A program made the translations under genes and the position numbers. The notes under the pieces are model-generated. The model was given only the letters and a program-made list of their open reading frames with translations. It did no database searches and was not told the DNA's origin. DNA of 63,224 bases, filler included, from Craspedostauros australis (lineage: Eukaryota): assembly GCA_030167865.1 (NCBI GenBank). It is 5 parts of 5 records of this genome, joined end to end, with 100 filler letters (N's around TTAATTAATTAA, not from the genome) between each part and the next. Parts side by side here need not be neighbours in the genome. Positions count along the whole stretch, not along the records: positions 1 to 2,471 come from JALAGF010005718.1; positions 2,572 to 28,121 come from JALAGF010005719.1; 3 more parts are not named here. The stretch is one strand, 5' to 3'. This document shows positions 1 to 13,582 of the stretch, one piece after another. Each line of letters opens with the position of its first letter. Positions within the stretch are counted from its first letter, which is position 1.

Positions 1-637
1 AGAGGCAGGAAATGGGCCATTGATCCAGACCAACCTGCTCTCACGGATGGAGATTGCCAGCTCATACGCAAGACCAGGACCATGTGATTTGTGCGAAAAC
101 CATTTGGAGCTTGGATCATCTCGAGGCTCGTTGATCTCGCAGTGTNTACCATCCACAGTCACAACAAAAGTTTGATCATTTTCAGCAACGGTTTGAGTCC
201 AACGAATCTGGAAGATGGTGAGTGCACAGTGACTTGATGAGATTGACGACATTCTCGCATATGTAAACGCTTCTGGACTATCTTACCTTGTGCCGTCGTA
301 GCGCAGCAATCGATTGCACGTATGCGAGGCAGTGCTTTCGAATCGTCTTCTCGGTGAGGTGGAACTTGCTGGTCATCAAGGTCTCCATGCTGTATGTTTT
401 GATCCAGAACAGAGCGATGAGCAACCTGCGCAAAGAGATTCTCGCGAACGCATGGTCGATGTTGAGCGATTGGAGGTCAAAGTAGAGAGCCGCGACAGCT
501 GCAGATCCGATGCCAAAATGCGACCGGAAGCAGCTGGTCTTGGCCATCATACTCTTACCGTCGAATTCACCATAGCAGGAGCTCACCACCATGAGCCCCA
601 TGTGGAGCATTTGATCAGCTGTGATCACATCAGCCAT
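1..637 (-). mobile_element. PIF/Harbinger-superfamily-like (DDE_Tnp_4-type) transposase, 5' part; exon 1 637-287, intron 286-208, exon 2 207-<1
   Basis: ORF MADVITADQMLHMG...LRRHK is followed by a GTAAGA donor. After a CAG acceptor the frame continues IRWTQTVAENDQTFVVTVDGxHCEINEPRDDPSSKWFSHKSHGPGLAYELAISIRESRLVWINGPFPAS, which carries the first catalytic D (VDGxH) and the SHK..GPGLxYE and VWINGPFPA motifs I recognise from this transposase class. Truncated at the window start. Confidence 0.75.
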
Positions 638-902
638 TGTGAATCGAAGAGGGTGTACTCGTGGTATGATGTGTGAAGACTTGCAAGTGTGCAGCAACAG
701 CAATAGTACCAGCGACAGCGACGATGGAGCAGCTATCGATGATGTGCGTGTGAGCGCTCGACAGCAAACAACAAAGAAATGGTTGTTGTGTTGCCAGCTT
801 GTTGTGCTTGACAGGCGTTAATTGGCGTTATGCGTCGTGTTTAAAATGATGGCAATCTTGCGAAGCGGCTTTCATCCGCAAGAGCATTTAGACAACATAA
901 TC

Positions 903-992
903 GAGTCAGAACGGATTCAGAACTTCAGAAGTTCTGATTCTGAATCCAGAATGAGCTGTCTGATTCAGAACGGGGGGTTTGATTCAGAACGG
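903..992. repeat. Cluster of (GA)TTCAGAAC motifs including an inverted repeat; probable transposon subterminal repeats
   Basis: GGATTCAGAA (913-922) and TTCTGAATCC (938-947) form an inverted pair. GATTCAGAACGG recurs at about 962 and 981. The cluster lies about 270 nt upstream of the transposase ATG. Confidence 0.5.
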
Positions 993-2471
993 TGACAGGA
1001 AGACACTCAAGCGTTCCGTGTTGGNTGGCCTGTCCTGCTCTCTGAACGTTATAGGTTTGAGTTGACCGTTATAATCAATATGGAAATGTGTGTCCACAGA
1101 ATTGAAACATGAACCCACGAAACTGGTGCTAAAGTAGTCTATTGAGTCGAATGGAAATTGTCTTATTTATCCACGACTAATCCAAGTACCGGACGGTCCA
1201 GGGATGACAGTGAGTTCGTTGCCACCACCATGCAAACGATGCAGATGGCACCAATCATCCTCTTTTGATGTGTCTGTGCCGTCACTATGCAAGGTTGGTG
1301 TCCCCACAGTTACGACCTGCACCAAATGTAGAATACAGCAACGATAACGCTAGTGCCTCAAAGAGCCAGACCCCAAAAATTGGCGATGTTTGGCGATGTT
1401 TGGATACAGATTTTGGACCTGTTTTTCCCAAACTCAGACTTCGTTTTATAGACACTCAATCCAACATCTCTTTGTATCTACGTAAACTTAAGAGAAAGGG
1501 CTATCCAGGCAAGTGATAGCATTACCATGTTGTTACTACCATCTCGTCGATCTTGATGTGTTTGTTGACCCCCTTGGTGTGGTTTTGCCTTCGGACGACG
1601 GACGGACCGGGTGTTGTTTGGCGATGTTTGGCTACACGTAGGATTCTACAGGAGTCTGGTAGGATCTTGCCTCTGTTCTTCGAGAAATTCGACCCTCCAT
1701 CTTTGAAGTCTCCGGACTTAGCGGTATTTGGCTCAATCTGTACAATAGACATAGTTTCAGAATCCTCTCTCCGAGACGGTCACAACCATATGGTCTATAT
1801 TGTGTTTGAGTGCGATGGTATGGTGGCATGCTTGCGTTGAGTGCTCCCATGGAGGTCGGAACGATACTTGACCACTCGGATCCCCAATTTCGTTGACAAG
1901 TTTGGAGAATTCTGGTTCCAACGCCTGCGTCATCGTGACATCAGCGATGGTTCAGACCAAGAAAACATGCCAACCAGAAGCCAAAAACGTCCGTGAATGA
2001 TGGGGGTGCTTGACGGATCACATCAGTGCTCACCGAGCAAGAGAGCAACAGCCACCAAACTTTAGGGTTGTATATATCAACGTCACGTGATGCTACAATG
2101 GCAAGATGAGTACAGGAACACGCACATGAGATAAGTCTGGAGAGTTTGACTACGGTTGATGCTGTTGTTGGCCTGTTTTTGTTCGGGACTTAAGTAGAAA
2201 ATGTACTACATTCTACAGGGTGGTTATTGTGATCGAATTTTAGCCAAACATCGCCAAATTGTTTGGCTACAGCTGGCTCTTGAGCCACCAGCAGCTGGCG
2301 TGCTTCCAGTTCTGCTGCTTCTGGTCTGACACCTGGTGCAGTCGCTTGCACAGAACCGTCGAGAAGGAGTGAGAGAAGCATGACTAGGAGCCCCCCGAGT
2401 GAGTCGACCTGCACTTTGTCCTGGGACTCAACACCTTTTTTCTCGGATATCCAAACAAATCACATATTCAT

Positions 2472-2571
2472 NNNNNNNNNNNNNNNNNNNNNNNNNNNNN
2501 NNNNNNNNNNNNNNNTTAATTAATTAANNNNNNNNNNNNNNNNNNNNNNNNNNNNNNNNNNNNNNNNNNNN
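2472..2571. other. Artificial contig-joining linker (N run + TTAATTAATTAA + N run)
   Basis: 100-nt block with a six-frame stop cassette at 2516-2527; the same block recurs three more times. Confidence 0.95.
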
Positions 2572-4220
2572 GGGACTGGATGTAGGATGCCACTGTGAGC
2601 AGCTGCTGCAGGGTCTTGGGGAGGTACTTCATCTTGGAGGTGATGAGATCCTCGATGTTTCCACCAACGGACACGGTCAGGAGCGATCGTTCGTCGTCGT
2701 CGATCCCGACGCTGCTGTTGGCGTCAGCGTCAGATCCTGGGCTTGGCCTGGTGTCGTGCCCATCTGCTCCCCATCTCCACGTGCAAAGAATGTCATCGTA
2801 GATGATGCGATTTTCTCGCTGCAGCGCCTCCAAGGCTTGGACAATGTAGAATGGGTTGCCCAGTGTCTTGTAGTGTAGCTTGAATGACAAGGACCGGATG
2901 ATCTTGGTCGGCGAGTCGAGCAGAGATGACATCCATTGGGTGACCTCTGCCAACGTCATGTTCCGAAGCTTCACCTGGGACATGGTGGGATCGTAGCGCG
3001 GCAGTTCCTCGAGCATGGCAACCATCTGCATGAACGGATTTGAGGGCGGGAGGTTGATGGCGTGCTGGTCTGGGTCGTCTTGTTCATGGGAGAATGCGGG
3101 ATCATCGATGTCGATGTGATCCTCGTCGTCANNNNNNNNNNNNNNNNNNNNNNNNNNNNNNNNNNNNNNNNNNNNNNNNNNNNNNNNNNNNNNNNNNNNN
3201 NNNNNNNNNNNNNNNNNNNNNNNAGAGCAAGGTGAGGGTGGCGGACGAGGCCCACTGCAGGTCGTCAAGGAACAGGATGATCGATGGTGCAGCTGCCGTT
3301 GTTGCCGTTGTTGTCGCAACTGCAGCGTCTGCCGTAGCGTCTGCTTCAGCGTCTACTTCTGACGAGATGATTTTGATGAGTTGGACGAAGAGGTATTGGA
3401 CGCTCTTCCATGTGTCGCCAGCATTGGTGGCGATATCTTCGTGATGGTGTCGCGTGGCATCGGTGGGGCGAGCGGCGGCATGGGAAGGCAGGAGTACCGC
3501 CAGTGGCGGGATGACCTTGGTGAGCACCTTGCAGTCATCGGTGGACAGTCCAGCCGCGAGCTTGTGCTGAAAGTACTCCATCATGCGTGCCGGGCCTTGT
3601 TCCAGCTGCTGGACGAAGCTGGTGATTGCTTGGACAAGGGCGACGTATGGGTTGTTCATGCCGCTGTACTCGTCGAGCTTGCCCCTCAGGATGTACACTT
3701 GATTGTCGTGGTGTTCGTGGTGTTCGTGATGCTCATGCTGCTGCTCGTTGGCTTTGGCAGCCGCTGTGTCCTCACGACGCTGGCTCTGTTTCGGATGCAC
3801 TCGCAGCTTGATCTTGAGATCGTCAAAGAACTCTTCGAGGAGATTCGACTTGCCTGTTCCACTCACGCCGGATACGAAGACAGCAGGAATCGGGCGATTG
3901 GTCTTGGGACGGCGTCGAGGATGGTTCGAGCCGTCGTCAATACCGGCGCTGGCATCGGCTTGTGTTGTTCCTGCTGGCTGAGTGGAAGGCCTGGCTGGGT
4001 CTGCAGATTGCGCAGACTTTCCGAGCTTGGATGGGCGTCGTCTTTCCTTGTGCTGCTGCTGCCGAGGCTGCCGTTGTTGTTTGGTGACAATGGTGTCAAA
4101 TGCGTCGAAGAGGAGCTTGATCTCGGCATGTCTACCGAACATGTCGCCCACCAATCTCTGCTGCATTCCGTCGGTTTGGGGTCGGCTTGTTCCTGTCATG
4201 ATGTTCATGTTCATGTTCAT
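2572..4220 (-). CDS. STAND/AAA_16-type P-loop ATPase protein (AAA module of the kind found in multi-domain sensor kinases and MalT-like regulators), 3'-partial, spanning an N gap
   Basis: Walker A VFVSGVSGTGKS; GKLDEY...PYVALVQA; Walker B IILFLDDLQWA. After the gap: KTLGNPFYIVQAL, WRW, and LPKTLQQLLTVASY. The sequence stops at the contig linker. Confidence 0.8.
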
Positions 4221-7200
4221 GTTGGTGTTGGTGCTTGATGTGGTGATCGTGCTGATGGTGTTGCATCACTTGCCGATGGAAGTTGAGTTTGTGAGCTCGA
4301 TTTGGACTTGGTCTTTTTCGGATGACGAGTACGCGTCCCTCGCCATGTCCCACTCACCTCGATCGAGGAAAAGGTACCACTTCACATTCCTACGAGTATG
4401 CAACCCGCTCGCGATCGGCGCGCGTGGATACAAATGTCTGTGACCTATCTTCATCTTGAGAAATAGGCATGCCCCCTGGGGATAAGTTTTGCTTTCATGG
4501 GAATTTGTCGCGCTTATCGTCTTCAGCCATTCCCGCCGCATCTGGGGCCTTCCGGCGCGATGTCTTTTCGGGTCTTCTGTGATTGTCGTCAGGTAGGTTT
4601 ACAATTACTGGTTTCGGAGGAATGGGCGCCGCAAGTTCCAGTCTTGCTCTTGCCCAAACGCGCATGTCAGAGCATGAAATGACTCGCGTCCTTCGTCTGT
4701 CGCCGGGGGATTGAAGCAAACATTGGAGAGATCGTAAATCAAGGAGAGGATCACTCGTCGATTGAATTGGCCCCCAAATGATACTATTCATTCCCCATCG
4801 CGTCTGAGATACGCGGCGCCTTTTTCTCTCTCGTGAATAAATGGAGGTGGTGGGTAACAAGTTGCACTTGGGAAACCGGCGAACAATCACTCCTTCCTTG
4901 ACGATGATGGTCGTGAATCTGTGCCTTCCAACGACGGTGATGTTGCTGGCGACGATGACAACCATTGCGATGGTTGGATTAATCGGTCTCAAGGAGGTTC
5001 TGTTGGCATACGGCCGAAGGCCAGATGAAGCAACAAATGAACCCTTGTTCACAGCCTCAGCAGAGACAACAGAGACATGTCATAATAACTTCACATCACG
5101 CACACACAACACACATCCGTATCGTCTCCCGATTATCACAGTTTCAAACACGCCGCGGTTTGAAAGTTCTGCGATGGTCGGAGACACAGAGTTTGTCCAT
5201 GGATGCATGTTGCGTCGGCATCAGTCACCCTCCTTGCGTCACAGATCTGCGGCGTTGGATTGAGAACATGGCAGCGCGACGAACAGACCAAGACTTCGTT
5301 TTCGTTGGCATTGGCGGTACCTCAGAAATCGAGCGACAGAAGATACCTTGTTGGAGATTATTTTCTCATATTGGAAGCTACGTGGATATACATATTATTC
5401 TCATTATGTGTTCCTCCAACATGGAACAGTTTGAGTTGTGTTGTGTTCTGTGCCTTCCTTGGTTCCTTCGCAAACGTGTCAGGATGGACAAAATGCGTGG
5501 TGAGAAACATCATTCGCGCATTGGCAAAAGAACAAAGACAGAGTATTAGAGCACAGTGCAGTACCCCGTGCTCTCACAAGTTTGCGTTCTGCGATGGGCG
5601 AGAACCATCTTCATTGTCACTTTGTGTGATCACGGCTGTTGCCTCTATCAACTCAGAAGCTCGTGAATCTTCCACTGTCTTGTTTTGGTTTGTTTTGGCG
5701 GTGTGTGTGCCCAAGAGGCTGGAGAGGCCTTGTGAACTGGACTCTGGTCTTACAACGATGGCACCTTTCTTGAAGAGAGTGCTCTGCCGCGGAGCAGAGT
5801 AGGGTCGAGTGCTTTCCCTGCGACTACTTCATTTGTAGTTTGTAGCTGGTGCGAGCTATCCGTGTGCAAGAGGTGGAGCCAAAAATTGGTTCTGAGCCAT
5901 TGCAACGCACGCAAGAAGAGCGAGCATGGAGAGCACGCACAACAGAGCAAGAGCTGGTGAGAGACTTGCACGAGAGTGCGGCCATTGACTTTCGTGAAGT
6001 TGCGCGATGATTTGTTTTATCACTGTGTGCATACCTGTGAAACTTCGCCTGCGTGGCTCAACGATGGTAGAGCGTTCATGTTCTTTGCCGTTGGAGGCTT
6101 GCTCTTGATCCTGTGGCAAGGAATGAGAATCCGAATGGTCTTCCGAAAGACGGGGATTCATCCCACCCTGGTTGGTCGTGACGATTGGCGGAGGCGAGAC
6201 GAGGGGAGCGGTTCATCGACGTCCACCCTTTGTGCCGATTCCGCCTAGCTTTTCCTTTGCAGAGGGGAACAGACCCCCCTGCGATTCCGAGGAACATGTC
6301 GGCTCCTGACACCCCGGATAGACAGCGATCCATGCGGTAAGCAGCTTTCATGTTCCTTCCTCGCACACTCGTCCATACTCGCACCCATGACAGACGCCAT
6401 GACTCGTGACAGTGGCCACAAGAGAGGACGAGCACGCACAAGCGCTCTTGTACTACTACGACTACACGGGCGACCCACTCGCATAAGTGCACTGCTCCTT
6501 TGGGACGCTGTTTCTTGCCTCGCTATGACCCGCGGAAGTTGCCTTGAGGACGGATCATCGATGTGCTTGTGGCAACGAGGGACCTCCCAGGCGAATACGA
6601 GCTACCTACGACGGTGGAGAAGCAAACCACAACCCAGGCTGCACAGCCACCAGCGCGCACCAACAGTTTCATTTCTGGTGACACGTCCAATCTTCGCCCT
6701 CTGACGGAAACACAAACAACGGACAGAGACACACGGGAGAGAGAGGGGCAGCGTTGGCAGTGAATTGTCCACAAATAGAATACTATTATAATATTCTATT
6801 ATACAATATTCTATTCTATAATAGTAATGTGTTAATAGTCGTACGTCCGGGACAGTTGAGTTGTGCTGATTGTTAGGGGGGAGTGTGGTGGCAATCGAGG
6901 TTGTCGTGGGTGTTCCTTGTTGTTTCAGTATGGATGCAGAAACATGTGCCTGTTCCTCCTGTTGGTCTTCGTTGCTTTTCCATCCACACGATTTTGTGCT
7001 GTTTGTTTCATTTGTGCACACTCGTTTTCCGTGACTCAGGTCAGGCGTGTTCGTGATTGAAAAGTGGCGCCAGAAGAGTAGTCGCATGATTCAAATACGT
7101 TAAGAGACGTTAACTCAACAACATCATTTCGTGTGTGTTGACATGTCCTCTACATTGATGGTGTAGCGTGCTTTTGGGGTCCGACCCATTCGAATAGTGT

Positions 7201-7846
7201 CAAATTCCGTTCCGCCAACGAACGCGACAAATGGAAACACGGTGAACAACGAACGAAATAGAATCCGCTTGGTCCAATCAGAAAGATTCCATCTTGAAGT
7301 CAATCTTTCTTCGCGGGTTGTTGTTGGTGTTGATCGGTTTGGCGTGTGTTGTGCCGTTCTTTGCGTTGTGACGCGATCCGATGAGCGATCTCCATGGCCA
7401 TGGTGGGTTGACCTGGTGCCTGTGCCAAGCATCCTCACAAACCGCAATCAAGCCAAGTCAACCCAATCCATCCAACAGGTGTGTGTTTTGGTCTCCGTAT
7501 CGTCCCCATGCTCCAGGGATGCTATCCTCCGTATGGCATGTATGCTTCTGCTGCCTTCCGTTCTGATGCCGATGTGTTGATGCGCGGCTGCGAGAAGAGC
7601 ACCGGGTCGAAGCGGCGATGTGGACGTGTCGGCGCCGATGAGAACCCGATCTGAAGAGCGACGAACAACGAGATCGTGCATGCAAGGAGATGGAAACGAG
7701 ACGCATCTCGACCATGCTCTCCGACTTTCCAACAATCACTCCATCACATTCCCACTCACATCCCGCCCTTGCACTAACACTCACATTGGCATCCACAACC
7801 GCAACCACATTCACGATCATTCCGACCAACCTCTCAGACCATCACA

Positions 7847-8467
7847 ATGAAGCTCGCCATCGCCGCCCTCCTCGCCGGTTCCGCCGCCGCCTTCGCTCCA
7901 TCCCAGCAGGCACAGACCTCCACCGCCCTCAACGTCAACGAGCTTGAGATCGGTGTCACCGCTCCACTCGGAGTGTACGACCCACTCGGATGGCTCGAGA
8001 CCGAGCCAGAGTCCTTCGAGCGCCGTCGTGCCGTCGAGCGCAAGCACGGACGCGTTGCCATGGCCGCCGTTGTCGGAGTCATCGTCCACAACAACCACAT
8101 CACCTTCGACGGATACCTTTCCCCATCCCAGAACCTCAAGTTCGCCGATGTGCCAACCGGAATTGACGGAATCCGCGCCATCCCAAATGCCGGACTCCTG
8201 CAGATCCTCTTCTTCTTCGCCCTCGTCGAGCTCGCATGGATGCCAGCCTCCAAGTACGACGGAGACTACGGCGTTGGCTGGTTCGGAGAGAACCTCAACC
8301 CAGAGGAGAAGGCCCGCAAGCTCAACGCCGAGATCAACAACGGACGCGCCGCCATGATGGGAATCCTTGGAAACATGGTCGTCGAGGTCATCACAGGACA
8401 GACCATGTACGAGCAGTACGCCGCCGGACACATCTCCCCATTCGGTGATGGTGAGGGTGTCTTCTAA
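7847..8467 (+). CDS. Fucoxanthin-chlorophyll a/c binding light-harvesting protein (Lhc family), intronless
   Basis: Signal peptide ending AAAFAP; YDPLGW; helix-1 motif ERKHGRVAMAA; helix-3 motif EINNGRAAMMG; strongly biased codon usage. Confidence 0.97.
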   Translation: MKLAIAALLAGSAAAFAPSQQAQTSTALNVNELEIGVTAPLGVYDPLGWLETEPESFERRRAVERKHGRVAMAAVVGVIVHNNHITFDGYLSPSQNLKFADVPTGIDGIRAIPNAGLLQILFFFALVELAWMPASKYDGDYGVGWFGENLNPEEKARKLNAEINNGRAAMMGILGNMVVEVITGQTMYEQYAAGHISPFGDGEGVF

Positions 8468-9566
8468 GCAGTCCAAATTGTACAGAATAGTAGAGTATGA
8501 TACTGCTGAAACGCACTTGCACTGGTGGATGTGATGCGACCTGGTCCGGCTTGGCATGGAGTGGCTTCACGCACAGCTGTGTCTGCACGTGGAGCTGTGC
8601 CTGCCCATCAGGAATCGTTAGCCGAGACCACGTTGATGATCGGAGCGATTCATCCATCCCACCAACCCTTTTTTGCCCATTTGCGACATCGGTATACCGC
8701 ATCAAACACTTGGGCGCAGGCTTCTTCTGGATCGATTCTCAGACCCAGGACAATCTCAGGCCGCTTTCGAAGGTGATGAGTGACTTGGACGGACGAAAGA
8801 GGGAAGATAACAGTAATAGATATCTCCTCGTTGATCGCCTGCACAAATAACACTCTTCGTTGCGCAATGTACGTACTCCGCGCGATCGTTTCATCAACGA
8901 AGCGTGTGGTGTTCCTGATAAGCGCAATTCTGTGGGGTGATCTTGAGACTGTGGATCATGCGTCAATTGCCTCTGAACAGCACGTGTGACATGATCTCCG
9001 TTGGAGCATTGCGCCGATGCATCGATGGACGTAATTACCTATTAGGTTGTACAGAGAGTATGGCACTATTCGTATGGTATGCAGACAATGTCAACCAATG
9101 CAACTCATTGAGGCCACGAACAAACGTAGCGGCATCATAGTAGACACTGCCAGATATTAGTACAATACATGAACAAACCTATTATACCATACCATATGCA
9201 GTTGTATGATAGTATACAATCTATGCAGGCTCACTGAAAAGAACAGCAAATAGTTGAAAGCAAAAGCGTGTATGCTACTACGCACGCTCGTGGTACGAGC
9301 CATGACTGCGAGGCAGAACTCCATGTTAACTCGTCGGATATGATGGTTGCGGTGGACGCTGTCACGGATCGCTTCGTTTGTTGCTGCTACGGTATTGTGA
9401 GCAGAGCGTCGTGCAGAAGAGTGGAAATACGAGCTACGAGTACACATGCTGATACAATGCGTGCCCCAGTGTATCGTCTCTTTGCCTGCCAATGGTTGTT
9501 CCCGCGAATGCAAACCTCGTTGAGTTTGGAAAGAGCACGAGCGCGGTATCATAGTCGTACGAATAG

Positions 9567-11051
9567 TTAGTACATGCCCTCATTGCCGAGACGCCACGGT
9601 GGCCAGTAGACGAAGACCGCCCTGCCGATGACGTTCTCCTGGGGCAGGAATCCCCAGATGTGGCCATCGAGGCTGTGGTTGCGGTTGTCACCGAGGACGA
9701 GCACGGCACCCTCGGGTACGACGACAGGTCCGAACTCGTACTCCGCATCTTCCGCCGTGTATGGTTCATTCTGCAGATCGCCGTTGATGTACAGCTTGCC
9801 CTTCTTCACTTCCACTTGATCGCCCTGAGGATTGTGTGTGATGGTTGTTGCGATATGCATGTATACATGCATGGTCGGCATGGTTGATACATCATGAAGG
9901 ACAAACGCATCGAATATGTTTGTCGCGTCGAGGAATGTTGTGTCGGAGAGAGGGACAGAGAGAGAAAGGATGAGATCGACAACAGAGAATTGAGAATGAT
10001 GATGGTGCCAAGGCACAATGGAATAGAGCAGACGGAGGTCTCTGAGACGAAGGCAGGAAGATGACCGGGGAGGAGGTTGTTTGCAATCGTTCCAGCGCGC
10101 ATGTTATAGGGTGCATGTTCCAGTTCTGTGCTAGATACGGGTGGACACGCGTGGACACATCACATCGTATCACGTCACATCACGTGATGCCACGCCATAT
10201 CCTCGCTTCAATCTTCAATGATGCGATGCCATGCCATGCGATGCTATGAATGAAGACATCACCCCTCACCAAAACAACACGCATCGACCACCAATCAACA
10301 CTGGCAAACCTGACCCAATGCTCCAGCATGGAACACCGCAGAATGGAATAGGATATTGCGGCTGGCAATGCGTAGCACCCACCTCGATAGCGACAATGCG
10401 CTTGATAAGAGCCTCCTTGGCCCTCTTCGGATCCTGGCCGTAGTCGTTGACGATGACCTCCCGGAACGTGGCTGGCGGATTGAAGACCACCACCTCCCTT
10501 CTGTAGAGCGGTTTGATGCGCTTCGTGACCTTCTCCACCGCAAGCTGATCACCGACGTCAAAGGTGGGGTACATGGAGAGGCTGGGGATGAATCTGGGTT
10601 CGATGATGGTGAATCGCAGCAGCAAGGCCAACGCCAGACTGGTGAAGTAGGTCTTGATGTCCTCCTTGCCTTCATCGGACTTCAACCATCTCTGGATGCC
10701 CGAGAGGATGCCATCCTCACCGTTGGCCCTGTTGTTGTTGCTGTTTCTGCTGGCCGATGAGTCTTCCTCGTCGCCCCACTGATCGTCAGTGGATCCAAAT
10801 AATCTGCTGTTGGGGAAGCCAGCCGCCGCCGTCGTCGTTGCAGGATACGTCCGAGTGCTGGTGTACAAATCCTTCTGTGGGTCCAAACATCTTTCCGAAC
10901 GGGACGCCGATCGCGAATCTTGAACGGCCACCGACTTGACGATGCTCTGGAGCTGGAACGCTGATGTGCCTGGTGCCGATGCCAACGCCGCTGTGACGCA
11001 GACGAAGGCGATCAACCTGCAAGGCATCGACGCTGAGGACTGAGTGATCAT
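9567..11051 (-). CDS. Plastid signal peptidase I / thylakoidal processing peptidase (S26, LepB-like); exons 11051-10383 and 9824-9567
   Basis: Presequence ...GTSA-FQLQ; IEPRFIPSLSMYPT (catalytic Ser); LIKRIVAIE|GDQV (catalytic Lys); VLGDNRNHSLDGHIWGFLP. The GTGGGT...CAG intron 10382-9825 (558 nt) joins the exons in frame. Confidence 0.93.
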
Positions 11052-12267
11052 CTTGTGCGAAAGTCAGAGTCAGTTTGTCGCCTCTGCTCTTCTTGTTCTT
11101 TTCTTTTTCTCCCTGTCGCCGTTCCTCTCTCACTTGGATCTTCAAGAACTCGCCTTCCGATGTAGAAAAACCAATCAGCACTCAACACTTCGGAATCCAA
11201 TGTCGTCAAAGTACAGCCTGCGAGATGGTCTGCGTGATGGACGATGGACGATGAGGCGAGTTGGTCGGCTGTGATGATGATGATGATGATGTCAGTCGCT
11301 ACTATATTCCACTGAACTGCCATGCGTTGGTGTGATAGGAGATACTTGTCGTATTGATGCACAGAGGTAGCATGCAGTAAATGCTTCAATGCATTCAGAT
11401 GCAGGTATTGGTTTGGTAGTCGCGGTTGTACCATACTACTACAACTAACTCGCGCTCTGCCGACAGCACACAAAGAAACGACGAGATCCTGACTCTGCGA
11501 CAACAACGCACCGAAACATCGCAAAACAGCTCGCTCCTCCATCCGATGTCTCGGTCAGCCTGTTTCGTGTCAACCTCCAATTGCACAAGTCTGTGTTCGC
11601 ATTCACACGTCACACAACCATTCCCGCTACAGACACTTCAATCACGAAACATGTTTGATCAACTTAATCGAATAGATCCCATTGACCGGAATGACATCTT
11701 CCGATCTTCCTGTTTCAAGTTCAACCAGAACAGCGCGCACAACACAGGCGGCGTCCACGGAAATGTTCCACCGTGGTTGTGGAAGGTGGAAGAAGGTGCG
11801 TCAAAGTCGAGGTATCTTTGCGCAATCTGCAGCTTTCGTCATCCTGCGTGTTGTTTTCACACGAGATCGCCGTTTGCGATGACTTTGCAACAAGGCGTTG
11901 TGTGGTGTTGCGTGTGGCGAAAGACGCAGTGGACTCGTTGTTGTGTGTGTTGCCACCCCACCATCTGGCCGCATCTGGTGTGATGGAGCTCGCCCGAGAG
12001 GCTCCATCTTCAACGTATCCGCAGTGACCTTGTTCAAACGCAGTCGAACGGTGCAATGCCAGGTTCTGGTACAACACCGTGACCTCACGCATTCGACGCG
12101 ACACCCGACACAACAGTGCTCAATCTGGATCGCGCCGCAACAACCACACCAACAACAACCCACACACCAGTCTCGTCACACTTGCACAACCCAACCAACC
12201 ACTCCAACCACGAAAAGGTCACAAATCCCAACACGAAAACACCCCGACAACCCAACCAATCGCCATC

Positions 12268-13582
12268 ATGAAGACCGCCGTTCTCGCCACCCTCGTTGCC
12301 TCTGCTGCTGCGTTCGCACCAGCCGCCAAGCAGGCCCGCACCTCCGTCGCTGTCCAGGAGTCCAAGGAGGACCTCGTCGCCATGGCCAAGAAGCTCAACC
12401 CAATCGTTGGCTTCTACGATCCGCTCAACCTCGCTGAGGCTGAGTTCTGGGGTGCCAGCAACGAGGCCACCATCGGCTTCTTGCGTCATGCTGAGATCAA
12501 GTAAGCAACCCATTCCAATCGTCTACTATTATACATACGTGTAGCATCATGCTGTCCAATGCGCGATCAATTCAGCAGTCGAACAAGAGAGTGATAGAGA
12601 GCGACATGCGAACAGAAGAGCTGGAACCGTCATTCAATGTGCGCAAAGCTCGAACGGTGAAGAATGAGACACGCCCTGATGAATCGATTGATTCATGTGT
12701 CCATTCACACGTTTCCCCAGCCTACGACCTCGAGTGCAGACTCGCGTGCTGCTGTCTCATGGATGAATGTGCATGATGCGAAGGCACACCAACGTTGTTT
12801 GCTCAAGTCTCGTCGATGCGATCCACCAATCAGCCATGTGCTGCCTCATCAATTCAGATGACTGCGCAAGCTCGATCATTCATGCATGCATTCACCAGTC
12901 ATTCACCGGCATGTAGCTCACTCAACCTCTTCGCTGTTCTTTCACACTTCACTTTCCATCATTTGCGGCACCATCGCTCATCCATCCACCACAAACTGAC
13001 ACCGAACATTGGACAATAACCAACGAATCAAACAATCGACGATGATACAGGCACGGACGCGTCGCCATGGCCGCCTTCGTCGGATACATCATCCACGCCA
13101 ACGGAATCAAGTTCCCATGGGCCATGCAGATGGACGGAACCCAGTTCCCAACCGAGACCAACCCACCAGCCCTCTGGGACACCATCCCTGATGACGCCAA
13201 GTGGCAGATCTTCGGCCTCATCGGCTTCCTCGAGTTCTGGAGCGAGCTCTCCACACCAACCCACAAGCACTACATGGCCGGTGGAAAGCCAGGTGACTTC
13301 CCAGACTTCACCTTCGGATCGGAGGGACTCCCACACCCAGTCCCATTCAACCTCTACGACCCATTCAAGTTCAGCAAGAACATGAGCGAGGAGCAGAAGG
13401 AGCGCCGCCTGCTGGCCGAGATCAACAACGGACGCCTTGCGCAGCTCGGAATCTTCGGATTCCTCTGCGAGCAGACCATCCCAGGATCTGTCCCAGTCCT
13501 GTCCGGAGTCGTCCAGCCATACGCCGGCGAGACCATGGCACCATTCGCCACCAACTACCTCGGACAGCCATTCGGCATGTAA
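12268..13582 (+). CDS. Fucoxanthin-chlorophyll a/c binding protein (Lhcq/Lhcf16-like); exons 12268-12500 and 13051-13582
   Basis: MKTAVLATLVASAAAFAP presequence; FLRHAEIK|HGRVAMAAFVGY split by the GTAAGC...CAG intron 12501-13050; AEINNGRLAQLG. Subfamily assignment is from memory. Confidence 0.95.

Noticed and set aside
4495..7800. Numerous short ORFs between the STAND ATPase and the first Lhc gene
   Set aside because: No motifs, consistent codon bias or splice-supported gene model could be identified.
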